DNA of 63,544 nucleotides, the filler included, from Craspedostauros australis (lineage: Eukaryota), in NCBI GenBank assembly GCA_030167865.1. It is 16 parts of 16 records of this genome, joined end to end, with 100 filler letters (N's around TTAATTAATTAA, not from the genome) between each part and the next. Parts side by side here need not be neighbours in the genome. Positions count along the whole stretch, not along the records: positions 31,256 to 36,975 come from JALAGF010002498.1; positions 37,076 to 38,396 come from JALAGF010002499.1; positions 38,497 to 40,016 come from JALAGF010002500.1; positions 40,117 to 41,481 come from JALAGF010002501.1; positions 41,582 to 42,946 come from JALAGF010002502.1; positions 43,047 to 44,609 come from JALAGF010002503.1; positions 44,710 to 45,780 come from JALAGF010002504.1; positions 45,881 to 59,528 come from JALAGF010002505.1; 8 more parts are not named here. One strand, 5' to 3'. The position numbers and the translations under genes are program-made. Numbering within the stretch: position 1 is the stretch's first letter; each line of letters begins with the position of its first letter. Under the pieces are notes generated by a model, which saw nothing but the letters and a program-made list of their open reading frames with translations, was not told where the DNA came from and did not search any database. Of the stretch, positions 35,947-46,928 are shown piece by piece.

Positions 35947-36938
35947 CGTGTGCTTGTGTCGGTGGGCTGCCGTGGTTGTTGTGACAAGAAACGTTGACGA
36001 AATGACGAGAATGCTTCTGTCATCCACAACGGTAGACGGAGGGCATGATGCGGAACTGAATTGCGGCGATGTTTCTGTTCATCAAAAACTTTTGACCAAA
36101 GGATGCGTTGTTGGGCCAGGCCCAGCCACTCGCAAACATCAGCACCCTTGGTCGTGCAATCCCTTGCTTCCAAGAGCTCTCTGTTGCCTCGGCCCTACAG
36201 CGCAGCTGATGTCGCGCCTTGTTCTCCATGAAGCAAATCACGAAACTCTGCAAGTACTGGTCCTTTTGTACTCGTATAATAGCTCGTATCATGGAACCGT
36301 GCCAACATACACGCTCGACGAGCAGCGAGTGGTCTCATCCGAACCGCAAACGAAGTCGCAGATACAAATAGTTTGCGGTGCTGCTGCTATCCTTCGGGAC
36401 TCATTGGTGTTACCTGGGTTCTCGTTGAGGTCTCCGGTACCGTGGGCGCCATGCCAGTTGACGCGAAGGAGATATTGTCTCCGGAAATGAACGCAACCAA
36501 CAGAGAATCACTGGAAGAGAGCTGAAAAGTCCGCGCGATGGTGCAGAATGGCGCATATAGGTCCAACACACCAACTCTGTATCTTCTGCCGCCGCATTCG
36601 CTCTCCCACCAAGCCACATTTCTTCCGAAAAGGAAGGAAAGTGACAGCAAACAAACTCACAGAAAACAGCATCGACTTCGGGTGGTGGATGTTTTCGTTT
36701 GCGCAGCATCGGCGTGTCGATACTTTCGAGTGGCCAGAGCGTATTGAGTATTCTGTGATATGTACTGCTGTCTGTCTGCGTCTGCATATATGGTGTGATG
36801 TGATACTACGATCGATGTTTGGATCTTTCTTCTTGCTTCCCATCTGTACGAGTGTACCGTCTCCGTCCGTCGACGTTCCGAGTTGTGATGGTTATTAGAG
36901 CACTATCGAAAAATCACAAGGGGTGAGCAAAAGCAAAG

Positions 36939-36975
36939 TACCATGCCGGGATTCGAACCCGGAACCTCAGTTAGA
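36939..36975 (-). tRNA. 3' part of a tRNA gene or tRNA-derived element, isotype undetermined, cut by the contig end
   Basis: The minus strand reads AGGTT-CCGGG-TTCGAAT-CCCGG-CATGGTA: variable loop, perfect T arm/B box and acceptor strand, followed shortly by TTTT. Confidence 0.65.
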
Positions 36976-37598
36976 NNNNNNNNNNNNNNNNNNNNNNNNN
37001 NNNNNNNNNNNNNNNNNNNTTAATTAATTAANNNNNNNNNNNNNNNNNNNNNNNNNNNNNNNNNNNNNNNNNNNNGCACTCAACGCAAGCATGCCACCAT
37101 ACCATCGCACTCAAACACAATATAGACCATATGGTTGTGACCGTCTCGGAGAGAGGATTGCCGGTCGTCTACCAAGAGGGCAGCAGTCATGGAGACTTGG
37201 TCCATGATGCAGGGATTGGGTTCGCCGCAGCAGACAATGGGCTGTTGACNNNGATCGATGNCGTGGCNCGAGATTTGGGAACGTACGCGCGTGCCATTGA
37301 TGTCCCATCTATTGAGGCTGTGTCCAAGACGTATCTGGCGTTGATGCGGTGGCGATTCCACATGAAGGGTTGGTGTTTTAAGTCGCAATAGTTCTATTGG
37401 CCAGCTGGATTGGTTGGTTGGTCGGTTGGCTAATTGATTGATCGATCGGAAACTGGCACTTGACCGTACCGTCAGTTGATGGCCATGAAGACATCTCTAT
37501 GGCATTGTACATACATTAAAACTGTGAAACACAGAGTACTCGTGGTGCTTTTGATTGGTAGTAGGTATATTCATCATCAATGAGTCTATGTTATGCAC

Positions 37599-38390
37599 CT
37601 ACACCCCATGCTCCTGCTGCCAAGTCGAAAGGAAATCAGCGATCTCATTGTGACCAAGATCTGCAGCAAGACGAGCAGGTGTGCAATTGTGGCATAGCGC
37701 ATTGATGTCAGCATTGTCGAACTCGACCAGATACTTGACAACATTCAAGTGACCACTGGCACATGAAATATGAAGTGGGGTGATGCCGCTGATGTTGTGT
37801 GGGTTGACATTGACGTTGGAAGAGTCCAGAAGATACTTCACAACATTCAAGTGACCGCTGACACATGCAGCAAAAAGTGAGGTGACACCTTCATTGTCTT
37901 GTGCGTTGACATCAGCGTTGGAAGATTCCAGAAGATACTTCACAACATTCAANNNNNNNNNNNNNNNNGCAGCAAAAAGTGAGGTGACACCTTCATTGTC
38001 TTGTGCGTTGACATCAGCGTTGGAAGATTCCAGAAGATACTTCACAACATTCAATTGACCGCTGGCACATGCAAAATGAAGTGGGGTGAAGCCGTTACTG
38101 GCTTGGATGTTGACCTCAATATTGCCCAATTCCACCAAGCATTTCACAACTTCCAAATGGCCGCACAAGCATGCCCCATGTAATGGAGTGAGGCCTTGGT
38201 GGATTTGTGTATTGGCATCAGCGTTGGAAGATTCCAACAAATATTTGACAACGTTCGAATGGCCGAATGTGCAGGCAAGATGAAGTGGAGTGGCACCGCG
38301 AGAGTCTTGGACGTTGACATCAGCATTGCATGAGTCCACCAAGTACTTCACAACCTCCAAAGGGTCACCTCCAGAGCACTCAACATTCAA
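37599..38390 (-). CDS. Ankyrin repeat protein, 5'-truncated
   Basis: About 7 repeats of G.TPLH.AC..GHL.VVKYL.E...ADVN. Confidence 0.92.
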   Translation of the reverse strand: MNVECSGGDPLEVVKYLVDSCNADVNVQDSRGATPLHLACTFGHSNVVKYLLESSNADANTQIHQGLTPLHGACLCGHLEVVKCLVELGNIEVNIQASNGFTPLHFACASGQLNVVKYLLESSNADVNAQDNEGVTSLFAXXXXXXLNVVKYLLESSNADVNAQDNEGVTSLFAACVSGHLNVVKYLLDSSNVNVNPHNISGITPLHISCASGHLNVVKYLVEFDNADINALCHNCTPARLAADLGHNEIADFLSTWQQEHGV

Positions 38391-38496
38391 TGAAGCNNNN
38401 NNNNNNNNNNNNNNNNNNNNNNNNNNNNNNNNNNNNNNNNTTAATTAATTAANNNNNNNNNNNNNNNNNNNNNNNNNNNNNNNNNNNNNNNNNNNN

Positions 38497-39858
38497 ATTG
38501 TTTTGGATACAAACAACAACACCGTGATCAATGAAACCTTCAACGGTCAACCGACACTGGAGAAGCCATTCATCGTGGATGAGGCAATTCAACTCTTCAG
38601 TGTGTGGCTGTTGGAGAGGGGGAGGAGTCTAAACGGTGAAGATGGCTTTCTCGGAACAACACCATTTGCCTACGAGGCGTTGTCAACGCAGATCATTGGT
38701 GCTGCCATCACTGCAGCCACGACCGTCTCATTGGATAACAGGACATGCATCCAATCCATCGTCGAGGATACCCTTGGAATGAAGCTCAAATCGTCCACAA
38801 CAGGCACTGCCGGCAAGCCAGACCCCGTGAAAGAGGCATGGGACGCGCTGAAAGGTGTGAAACCTGTTGCTGTTTGGTCTGATCTCGCGATGAATGGAAT
38901 GTACCATCAGCGGTCTGAAATGAACCTCATCCAACCGACCGAACGAAAACAGCCCAAGAACTTTGACCCCAACACCACGGGTGAGGTCACAGCGTGGATA
39001 GACAAGGAAGAGGAGAGACGTGAAGACGCCCGTGACGATCGCATCAAGCTGAAGCGTTGGGAGAACTTGACAACCAATGTAGTCGATGCAGACTTTGGTC
39101 TCGAGCGTCATCAACTGGTCTCGAAATTGAACGCACTCGACAGCTTCGATGCTTCAAAGTGGGAGACCCTGGTGAAGACGTTGTACATAGACAATGCGCT
39201 GATAGAAGCTCTTCTCAAGATGAGGGAGGCATGCGCCGATCTTGAGGAAACGATCAACAAGACAAAATCGCTCCAACCCAATCCAACCAATCAGAAATTC
39301 TGCCCATCACTCACAACTGTGGCGGAGGGATCGAGCAATCTCGCAGATGGATACGTTTCCACTGTTGGCGTGAGGAAGATCACAGACAACGCAGGTAATT
39401 TCTCGAGATGGGAAGTGGAACTCTTCACGGCCTGCGTCCAAGCCAAAGATTATTTTGATTCCAGCACAATTGACAACCAGAAAATCTGCAAGAACAGAGA
39501 CAGGGTCTACGACAGCTTCCTTGACATCGTATTTGGCTCGAATCGACTGTACTGCGTTGCAAGCAGGGAAGACAAACTTGGTCTTGATAGCCCGTATAAA
39601 GGAGCGGCGGCCAATGGAACATCCCTTCACGCAGGCCTTCCCACCGATAAGAGTCCACTGCTGAGCACATCGATGACCAAGCTCGATGATCTTCGCCGGC
39701 AAAGTAAGAAGACCAGCAAGTATGCGAGGGGTCTGACCACCCATGAGGAATTGGAAAATGCGGCGGATATAGTCGCTGGGATCAATAGGACGAATCCTTG
39801 GTTGGAGGATGTGATCGCCAGCCTCGAGAAATCAAGCGGAAGTGGCAAAGAGCCGTAG
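38497..39858 (+). CDS. Hypothetical protein, at least 451 aa, probably 5'-truncated
   Basis: One open frame fills almost the whole contig and has globular-type composition. No motif recognised. Confidence 0.65.
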   Translation: MVLDTNNNTVINETFNGQPTLEKPFIVDEAIQLFSVWLLERGRSLNGEDGFLGTTPFAYEALSTQIIGAAITAATTVSLDNRTCIQSIVEDTLGMKLKSSTTGTAGKPDPVKEAWDALKGVKPVAVWSDLAMNGMYHQRSEMNLIQPTERKQPKNFDPNTTGEVTAWIDKEEERREDARDDRIKLKRWENLTTNVVDADFGLERHQLVSKLNALDSFDASKWETLVKTLYIDNALIEALLKMREACADLEETINKTKSLQPNPTNQKFCPSLTTVAEGSSNLADGYVSTVGVRKITDNAGNFSRWEVELFTACVQAKDYFDSSTIDNQKICKNRDRVYDSFLDIVFGSNRLYCVASREDKLGLDSPYKGAAANGTSLHAGLPTDKSPLLSTSMTKLDDLRRQSKKTSKYARGLTTHEELENAADIVAGINRTNPWLEDVIASLEKSSGSGKEP

Positions 39859-39961
39859 TCACACGAGAAGAGAGATTAGTCCAAGGACGAAGAAACAATT
39901 GGAGATGGCGAGAGCCATGATGCAGAACCGGATGGGAGTGCGTAAAGGCGTGATGATCGAC

Positions 39962-40016
39962 CATACATACATACTAGTACATACATACTAGTACATACAT
40001 ACTAGTACATACATAC
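39962..40016. repeat. 14-bp tandem repeat (TACATACATACTAG)n running into the contig end
   Basis: Nearly 4 visible units. Confidence 0.9.
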
Positions 40017-40116
40017 NNNNNNNNNNNNNNNNNNNNNNNNNNNNNNNNNNNNNNNNNNNNTTAATTAATTAANNNNNNNNNNNNNNNNNNNNNNNNNNNN
40101 NNNNNNNNNNNNNNNN

Positions 40117-41481
40117 GGAAACGCAACATGATCTGTGCCTTGAGGTGTACAAGACCTTGGCAAAGGTCGAGCTGAGCCTTGGCTACCATGACCGTGGATC
40201 AGCGCTATGCAAAACTGTTCTGAGCAAGAGCACGAGTGCCGCTGATGTCATCTCAACCAAGATTGCTCTCGTACACTCTCTCAGTCGAATCAGCCGATAC
40301 AACGAGGCCTTGGTCTTGCTGTTTGAGTCGATCCGCACGATGTACAAGTTCCCTCGGAGGAACCACCTTGCACTTGCGTTCTGGGATATTCGATACATCC
40401 GGAAACACCTCGACAAGCACACGGATGATGAAATCCTATCAAAGCCGACCATGACAGATGAAAAATTGAAGTTTGTAATGGCGCTGATGCGGCTATCGAT
40501 CGAATGTTCATATCATGCTCAGCAACATGGAACTACAATCTTCCTGATTACACGGCTGGTGCGACTCACTTTCAAGCACGGCCTTATTGCTGATGGTGCC
40601 CACGGATGCATAGTGCTGGGATCGTTCTCGATGAATAATTTGGGAGACCTGGAGCGAGGAAAACGGCTCTCGATCATCGGTCAGAAGATGATGGAAGCAA
40701 CGCCATCAAAAGACCTTGTCGCAGCCTTCAACATGGTCCTCACCATCTTCGTCACAGCATGGTCGGAACCGCTTCATGTTGCACTGCTGACCCTGAAGGA
40801 CGGTCAGAGAGCTGGTATGGAAACCGGCATGCTGGACTCCGCGTACAGAAACTGGGAGGGCACGATCTTGATGAGGTACCTGTATGGATTGCCCTTGAGT
40901 CCGCTCCAGAACAGCAGCCGCAAGTTCATTCAGCAGCTACGGCACTACAACCTCACGGCAATCGCATCTGTTCATGACCATATCCACTACACCATCGAGT
41001 ATTTGTTGCGTGACTACGACGATAGCCACCCTTGGATCACGGTGGTGGTGCCACCACCTTTGGACAAGATCGGCGCCTCCGAGTACTTGACTTGGATGCT
41101 CTTCTACTGGAGTCGCATTCAGCTCGCAACATACTTCGGCCAGCTGGAGCAAGGCAAAGCGTACATCAAGCCATTCTACGCTGTAAGCAAGCTGGAGGCC
41201 ACGTACATGATGGAATCTACGAAGATCTACCATTCCGGACTCATCTGCTCCAGGTTGGCTCGGCAGTACAGGCAACAAAATCAGCAACGGCGGCATCGGA
41301 AGTACCTCCGACGAGCAAGGCAATTTCTCGCCCAAATGAAATACTGCATCGAAGCAAAGGGCGGTAACAACCTGCATCGCTTTCTGCTGATGGAGGCAGA
41401 TATCGAAGCGGCATCGTCATCCCGATCCATCGATATCGCGAAGGCGGCATACAACAAGGCGATATCGTGCTCGGCCCGGTC
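40117..41481 (+). CDS. Helical TPR-like C-terminal region of a predicted-ATPase (COG3899-like) signalling protein, fragment, copy 1
   Basis: Open frame across the contig with ILSKPTMTD, RLVRLTFKHG, AGMETG, LLMEAD and AYNKAI, typical of this family's C-terminus. Confidence 0.65.
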
Positions 41482-41581
41482 NNNNNNNNNNNNNNNNNNN
41501 NNNNNNNNNNNNNNNNNNNNNNNNNTTAATTAATTAANNNNNNNNNNNNNNNNNNNNNNNNNNNNNNNNNNNNNNNNNNNN

Positions 41582-42946
41582 GGAAACGCAACATGATCTG
41601 TGCCTTGAGGTGTACAAGACCTTGGCAAAGGTCGAGCTGAGCCTTGGCTACCATGACCGTGGATCAGCGCTATGCAAAACTGTTCTGAGCAAGAGCACGA
41701 GTGCCGCTGATGTCATCTCAACCAAGATTGCTCTCGTACACTCTCTCAGTCGAATCAGCCGATACAACGAGGCCTTGGTCTTGCTGTTTGAGTCGATCCG
41801 CACGATGTACAAGTTCCCTCGGAGGAACCACCTTGCGCTTGCGTTCTGGGATATTCGATACATTCGGAAACACCTCGACAAGCACACGGATGATGAAATC
41901 CTATCAAAGCCGACCATGACAGATGAAAAATTGAAGTTTGTAATGGCGCTGATGCGGCTATCGATCGAATGTTCATATCATGCTCAGCAACATGGAACTA
42001 CAATCTTCCTGATTACACGGCTGGTGCGACTCACTTTCAAGCACGGCCTTATTGCTGATGGTGCCCACGGATGCATGGTGCTGGGATCGTTCTCGATGAA
42101 TAATTTGGGAGATTCGGAGAGAGGACAACGGCTCTCGATCATCGGCCAGAAGATGATGGAAGCAACGCCATCAAAAGACCTTGTCGCAGCCTTCAACATG
42201 GTCCTCACCATCTTCATCACTGCATGGTCGGAACCGCTTCATGTTGCACTGCTGACCCTGAAGGACGGTCAGAGAGCTGGTATGGAAACCGGCATGCTGG
42301 ACTACGCGTACAGAAACTGGGAGGGCACGATCTTGATGAGGTACCTGTATGGATTGCCCTTGGGTCCGCTCCAGAACAGCAGCCGCAAGTTCATTCAGCA
42401 GCTACGGCACTACAACCTCACGGCAATCGCATCTGTTCATGACCATATCCACTACACCATCGAGTATTTGTTGCGTGACTACGACGATAGCCACCCTTGG
42501 ATCACGGTGGTGGTGCCACCACCTTTGGACAAGATCGGCGCCTCCGAGTACTTGACTTGGATGCTCTTCTACTGGAGTCGCATTCAGCTCGCAACATACT
42601 TCGGCCAGCTGGAGCAAGGCAAAGCGTACATCAAGCCATTCTACGCTGTAAGCAAGCTGGAGGCCACGTACATGATGGAATCTACGAAGATCTACCATTC
42701 CGGACTCATCTGCTCCAGGTTGGCTCGGCAGTACAGGCAACAAAATCAGCAACGGCGGCATCGGAAGTACCTCCGACGAGCAAGGCAATTTCTCGCCCAA
42801 ATGAAATACTGCATCGAAGCAAAGGGCGGTAACAACCTGCATCGCTTTCTGCTGATGGAGGCAGATATCGAAGCGGCATCGTCATCCCGATCCATCGATA
42901 TCGCGAAGGCGGCATACAACAAGGCGATATCGTGCTCGGCCCGGTC
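41582..42946 (+). CDS. Same ATPase/TPR-like fragment, copy 2 (allele or recent paralogue)
   Basis: Same 1365-bp length and boundaries as copy 1, with about 13 substitutions. Confidence 0.65.
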
Positions 42947-43046
42947 NNNNNNNNNNNNNNNNNNNNNNNNNNNNNNNNNNNNNNNNNNNNTTAATTAATT
43001 AANNNNNNNNNNNNNNNNNNNNNNNNNNNNNNNNNNNNNNNNNNNN

Positions 43047-43815
43047 ACAGGAGATTGACTGTGATCCCCTGCATTGATCTCTCGCCCGCAACAAGCAAAC
43101 AACAGACCAATTGCATCACCCTTGTGAGCCAGAATCACTTGCCCCATCAACAGGAGGTTGATTGTGATCCCCTGCATCGATCTCTCGCCCGCAACAAGCA
43201 AACAACAGACCAATTGCAACTCCCTTGTGAGCCNNNNNNNNNNNNNNNNNNNNNACAGGAGGTTGATTGTGATCCCCTGCATCGATCTCTCGCCCGCAAC
43301 AAGCAAACAACAGACCAATTGCAACTCCCTTGTGAGCCAGAATCACTTGCCCCATCAACAGGAGATTGACTGTGATCCCCTGCATTAATCTCTCGCCCGC
43401 AACAAGCAAACAACAGACCAATTGCATCGCCCTTGTGAGCCAGAATCACTTGCCCCATCAACAGGAGATTGATTGTGATCCCCTGCATTGATCTCTTGCC
43501 CGCAACAAGCAAACAACAGACCAATTGCATCACCTGTGTGAGCTGGAATCACTTGCCCCATCAACAGGAGATTGTTTGTGAGCCACTCCATCGATCTCTC
43601 GCCCACAACAAGCAAAAGACAGCCCAATTGCAACTCCCTTGTGAGCCAGAATCACTTGCCCCATCAACAGGAGATTGACTGTGATCCCCTGCATTGATCT
43701 CTCGCCCGCAACAAGCAAAAGACAGCCCAATTGCAACTCCCTTGTGAGCCAGAATCACTTGCCTCATCAACAGGAGATTGACCGTAATCCCCCTGCATCG
43801 ATCTCTCACGCACAA
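43047..43815 (+). repeat. 103-bp tandem repeat array, at least 7.4 units
   Basis: Unit starts ACAGGAG at 43047, 43150, 43255 (after a gap), 43358, 43461, 43564, 43667 and 43770. Confidence 0.97.
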
Positions 43816-43980
43816 CAGGCGAAGCTGATCCTAGCTGAACCACCATTGCAACACACCACACTGGAACACATCACAACATATCGCAACAAGCCACACCAAG
43901 TTGCATCACAGCACAAGCACAAACACAAAAACAACACGGCATATCACAGCACGGCATATCACAGCACGGTACATCACACC

Positions 43981-44608
43981 ATGACTGACCGCAACACCAA
44001 TGCCAACATGGTTGGAAATGCCAACAATGCCAACCCAAGGGATGATGATATCATGCGTGAGTTGCTGGATGATCTCTGTCCAGGCACTAACAGCATGTTT
44101 GGCTTCTTCAACACGGTGAGGGTTGATCCACAAATCTATCTGCGCCCCAAGGAGAAGCAAGAACTCCGCAGGATGCGCAAGCTGATTGATGACTTCTTTG
44201 AGCACAGCAACTGGGAGGATTCTGTCTACAAAGACCACCGAGCAGACAACAATCCCAACCGGGATCCTGTGGACTTCACCAAGCAGGAAACATGGGAGAC
44301 GATGTTCCCCAATGATGCATTGGGTTCCTGTCTGGCACTCTACATCACCTGGGTGGTACTCTATCGTGTACCAACAATAAGCCTGCTGACCATCGTGGCC
44401 AAGGATGCCCGGATGGCCTTCCATGAGATCACCCAACGCTTCAAGGGTTGGACTGACATCTACAACGCGGCTGCGGGCCTCAAGCAGCTTGGAGAGAACT
44501 CTGAACACTTTTCCGAGGTTTACACGAACCTCAAGCGGATCTGCATCAGGCCATCACAGAACGTGCAACGAGCAGAGCCAATCACCCTCCCTGACATCCG
44601 GCGTCTAC
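43981..44608 (+). CDS. Hypothetical protein N-terminus, possibly a transposon gag/ORF1; 3'-truncated
   Basis: ATG in CACC context, open for over 200 codons to the contig end, directly downstream of the array. Confidence 0.55.
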
Positions 44609-45096
44609 ANNNNNNNNNNNNNNNNNNNNNNNNNNNNNNNNNNNNNNNNNNNNTTAATTAATTAANNNNNNNNNNNNNNNNNNNNNNNNNNNNNNNNNNN
44701 NNNNNNNNNGGATGATCTTGCTCTTGTTTTTCCTGTTGTTCGATTTATGAGATGGTGTGGAGAATGTGAATGATTTCCGGAATGTGTGGGCGAAAGAGTG
44801 GTGGCTGGAGGAATTGGCACACGAGTGGTGGCTGGAGGAAGCAACACACCGGTGGCAGCTAGCAGATCACAAGGGTTAGAACAATGTAAGACATGATTAC
44901 TCTGTTCTCCTCTCTCACTGGTCCTCCCTGTTGTGACCAACAATCGAGGATCTTCGCATTCTGTGTCACGATACAAAAAATTGACTCTTGAGTGGCGAAA
45001 CTGCACAGGACTATTTCGTGACAGAATCCTTCTTGGATTAACTCGAGCGATTTTGAGTCTGTACCATGACTAAAGTACCTAGTTTAGACACGCGCA

Positions 45097-45780
45097 TGTC
45101 AGGAATCGACGGTGCGGCTTTGTCAAGATAAACAAAGACCCCCATAATTGCCGCACATCCCAAAATTATCAATCACGACTGAATAATTCCACTCTTGTTG
45201 ATCACACCCTTGACCCAATGAAAACGTGACTGACCTCAGTCTTACCAAGACAGACAGCCTGTCCTCCTATGACATCAACACCACGACAATGCAAAACAGT
45301 GAGTCCTGACCCGAACCGACAAGACACCATATTGGTCGGTGAGGTATTGTCAGAAGGGACGCATGGGCAGTGGGTAGGAATCGTATCCCAATTGAAGAAA
45401 CAGAAACAAGTGATGCATGTGCTCCTGACGTACAAGACCAATCGTATCGTATGACTGGACAACAAGAAAGAGTCAGAAGAGCAATCAAGACCGATCAATC
45501 GTAAAACAGGTGGAGTCAAAGACAACAAGGGATTGAGACGAAACTTGTGACGAGATGGATGCATGACTGCAGATCGTATCGCATGAGTGTAGGCGAGAAT
45601 GAATTTGAGGATATGCATGAAGAAGATACTTGATGAGAGACATCACGAGATATACATGATGAAAAGGGTACGATGGCAATCATGAATACAGCAGTATCGC
45701 ATGATGTTGCTACAGAGTATGCCTGATATGAATCTGAAATCGAAAGAGATGATGAGATCGAGCTCACAGTTCTAAAACGG
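45097..45780. mobile_element. TGT...ACA element, further copy with its right end lost at the contig edge
   Basis: Starts TGTCAGGAATCGACGGTGCG and reaches the conserved CTCACAGTTCTAAAA block just before the gap. Confidence 0.8.
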
Positions 45781-45889
45781 NNNNNNNNNNNNNNNNNNNN
45801 NNNNNNNNNNNNNNNNNNNNNNNNTTAATTAATTAANNNNNNNNNNNNNNNNNNNNNNNNNNNNNNNNNNNNNNNNNNNNAACGAACGG

Positions 45890-46125
45890 GAGTACTTTCG
45901 TCGAGTTTTGAGTACCTTCACCTACTCTGGAGTACTTTCGTCGAGTCTGGAGTACTTTCACCTATTCCTAATTACTTTCGTCGAGTCTGGAGTACTTTCA
46001 CCTAGTCCTAATTACTTTCGTCGAGTCTGGGGTACTTTCACCTACTCTCGAGTACTTTCACCTATTTTGTTTTTGAACCAAGATTTGTCTTGATTTGAAT
46101 TTACAGACGTTAATTAACGTTATAG
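45890..46125. repeat. Clustered short repeats (TACTTTCGTCGAGT / TACTTTCACCTA) plus palindrome ACGTTAATTAACGT; possible DNA transposon subterminal region
   Basis: Two motifs alternate with a period of about 39 bp; palindrome at 46107-46120. Confidence 0.6.
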
Positions 46126-46928
46126 GTACTGCATGCAAGTATTCGGTTTAGTCAAACAGGCAATCCGAACAGGACAATTGGCAGAGAAGTCGTACCGACT
46201 CACGACTCAGCCTGATCGTGTTTCGTCGGTTTTCCCGTGTCTTGCTGGTTGACTCCTTTCTGAGCTGTGACCTGTCTTGCGCTAGTTGCACGCACTTCAT
46301 ACTGATTCGGCATTGAAAAAGTCCGCTCTTGTTGACGACAAACACCTCGAAAGAGGGAAGACAGCGGAGACAGCAATCGGTGTGTGGCTTTGGCAACACA
46401 AGCCCACAAGCACAGAAAAGAGAGAGAGAGAATCACACTCTTGCCTCTGACCGTTGCCTCCACACTGGTTACCAACAAGTGTGGCATCTCCTGTGGACCA
46501 TCGAGCAGCGAGAGTGCTGGCGACTGATCCCGTCAACAAATCAAAGTGATCAAGACCACCACACCAAGCATCGAGATTCGTCGTCGCTCCGAGTGGACGC
46601 AACAAGAGGTTCGATCTCGTCGAGTATTTGACACAGGAGTTCACGACCACTGCACGATCGCCATCAAGAGACGTTGCCATACATTGGAGCGGGCCGGTCA
46701 AGGAGTTGCATGGTCACCATCGCAAGAGAACGAACCATCCTAAACGCAAGACAAGACAAGGGGCGCACATTCCTGGCCACAGCAGATCCACCGGCGGCAC
46801 TCACATCGCATTCGTACGGATATCGACAGCACAACAAACGAGAGAAGGATTGAAAGAAGCGGAGGCGACAACCGATTCCCGATTAGAACAACCAGCGACG
46901 CGCCACCCGCATCTCAGTCTTTGCCAAG

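Noticed and set aside
37076..37391. Possible glycosyltransferase C-terminal fragment (GLPVV...HGDLV)
   Set aside because: Too short, contains ambiguous bases and lies at a contig edge, so it cannot be supported.
40117..42946. Tandem gene duplication
   Set aside because: The two copies are separate contigs with identical boundaries, so adjacency is a product of concatenation.
43047..43815. CRISPR-like array
   Set aside because: Whole units are near-identical with no unique spacers, and no cas-like gene is present.
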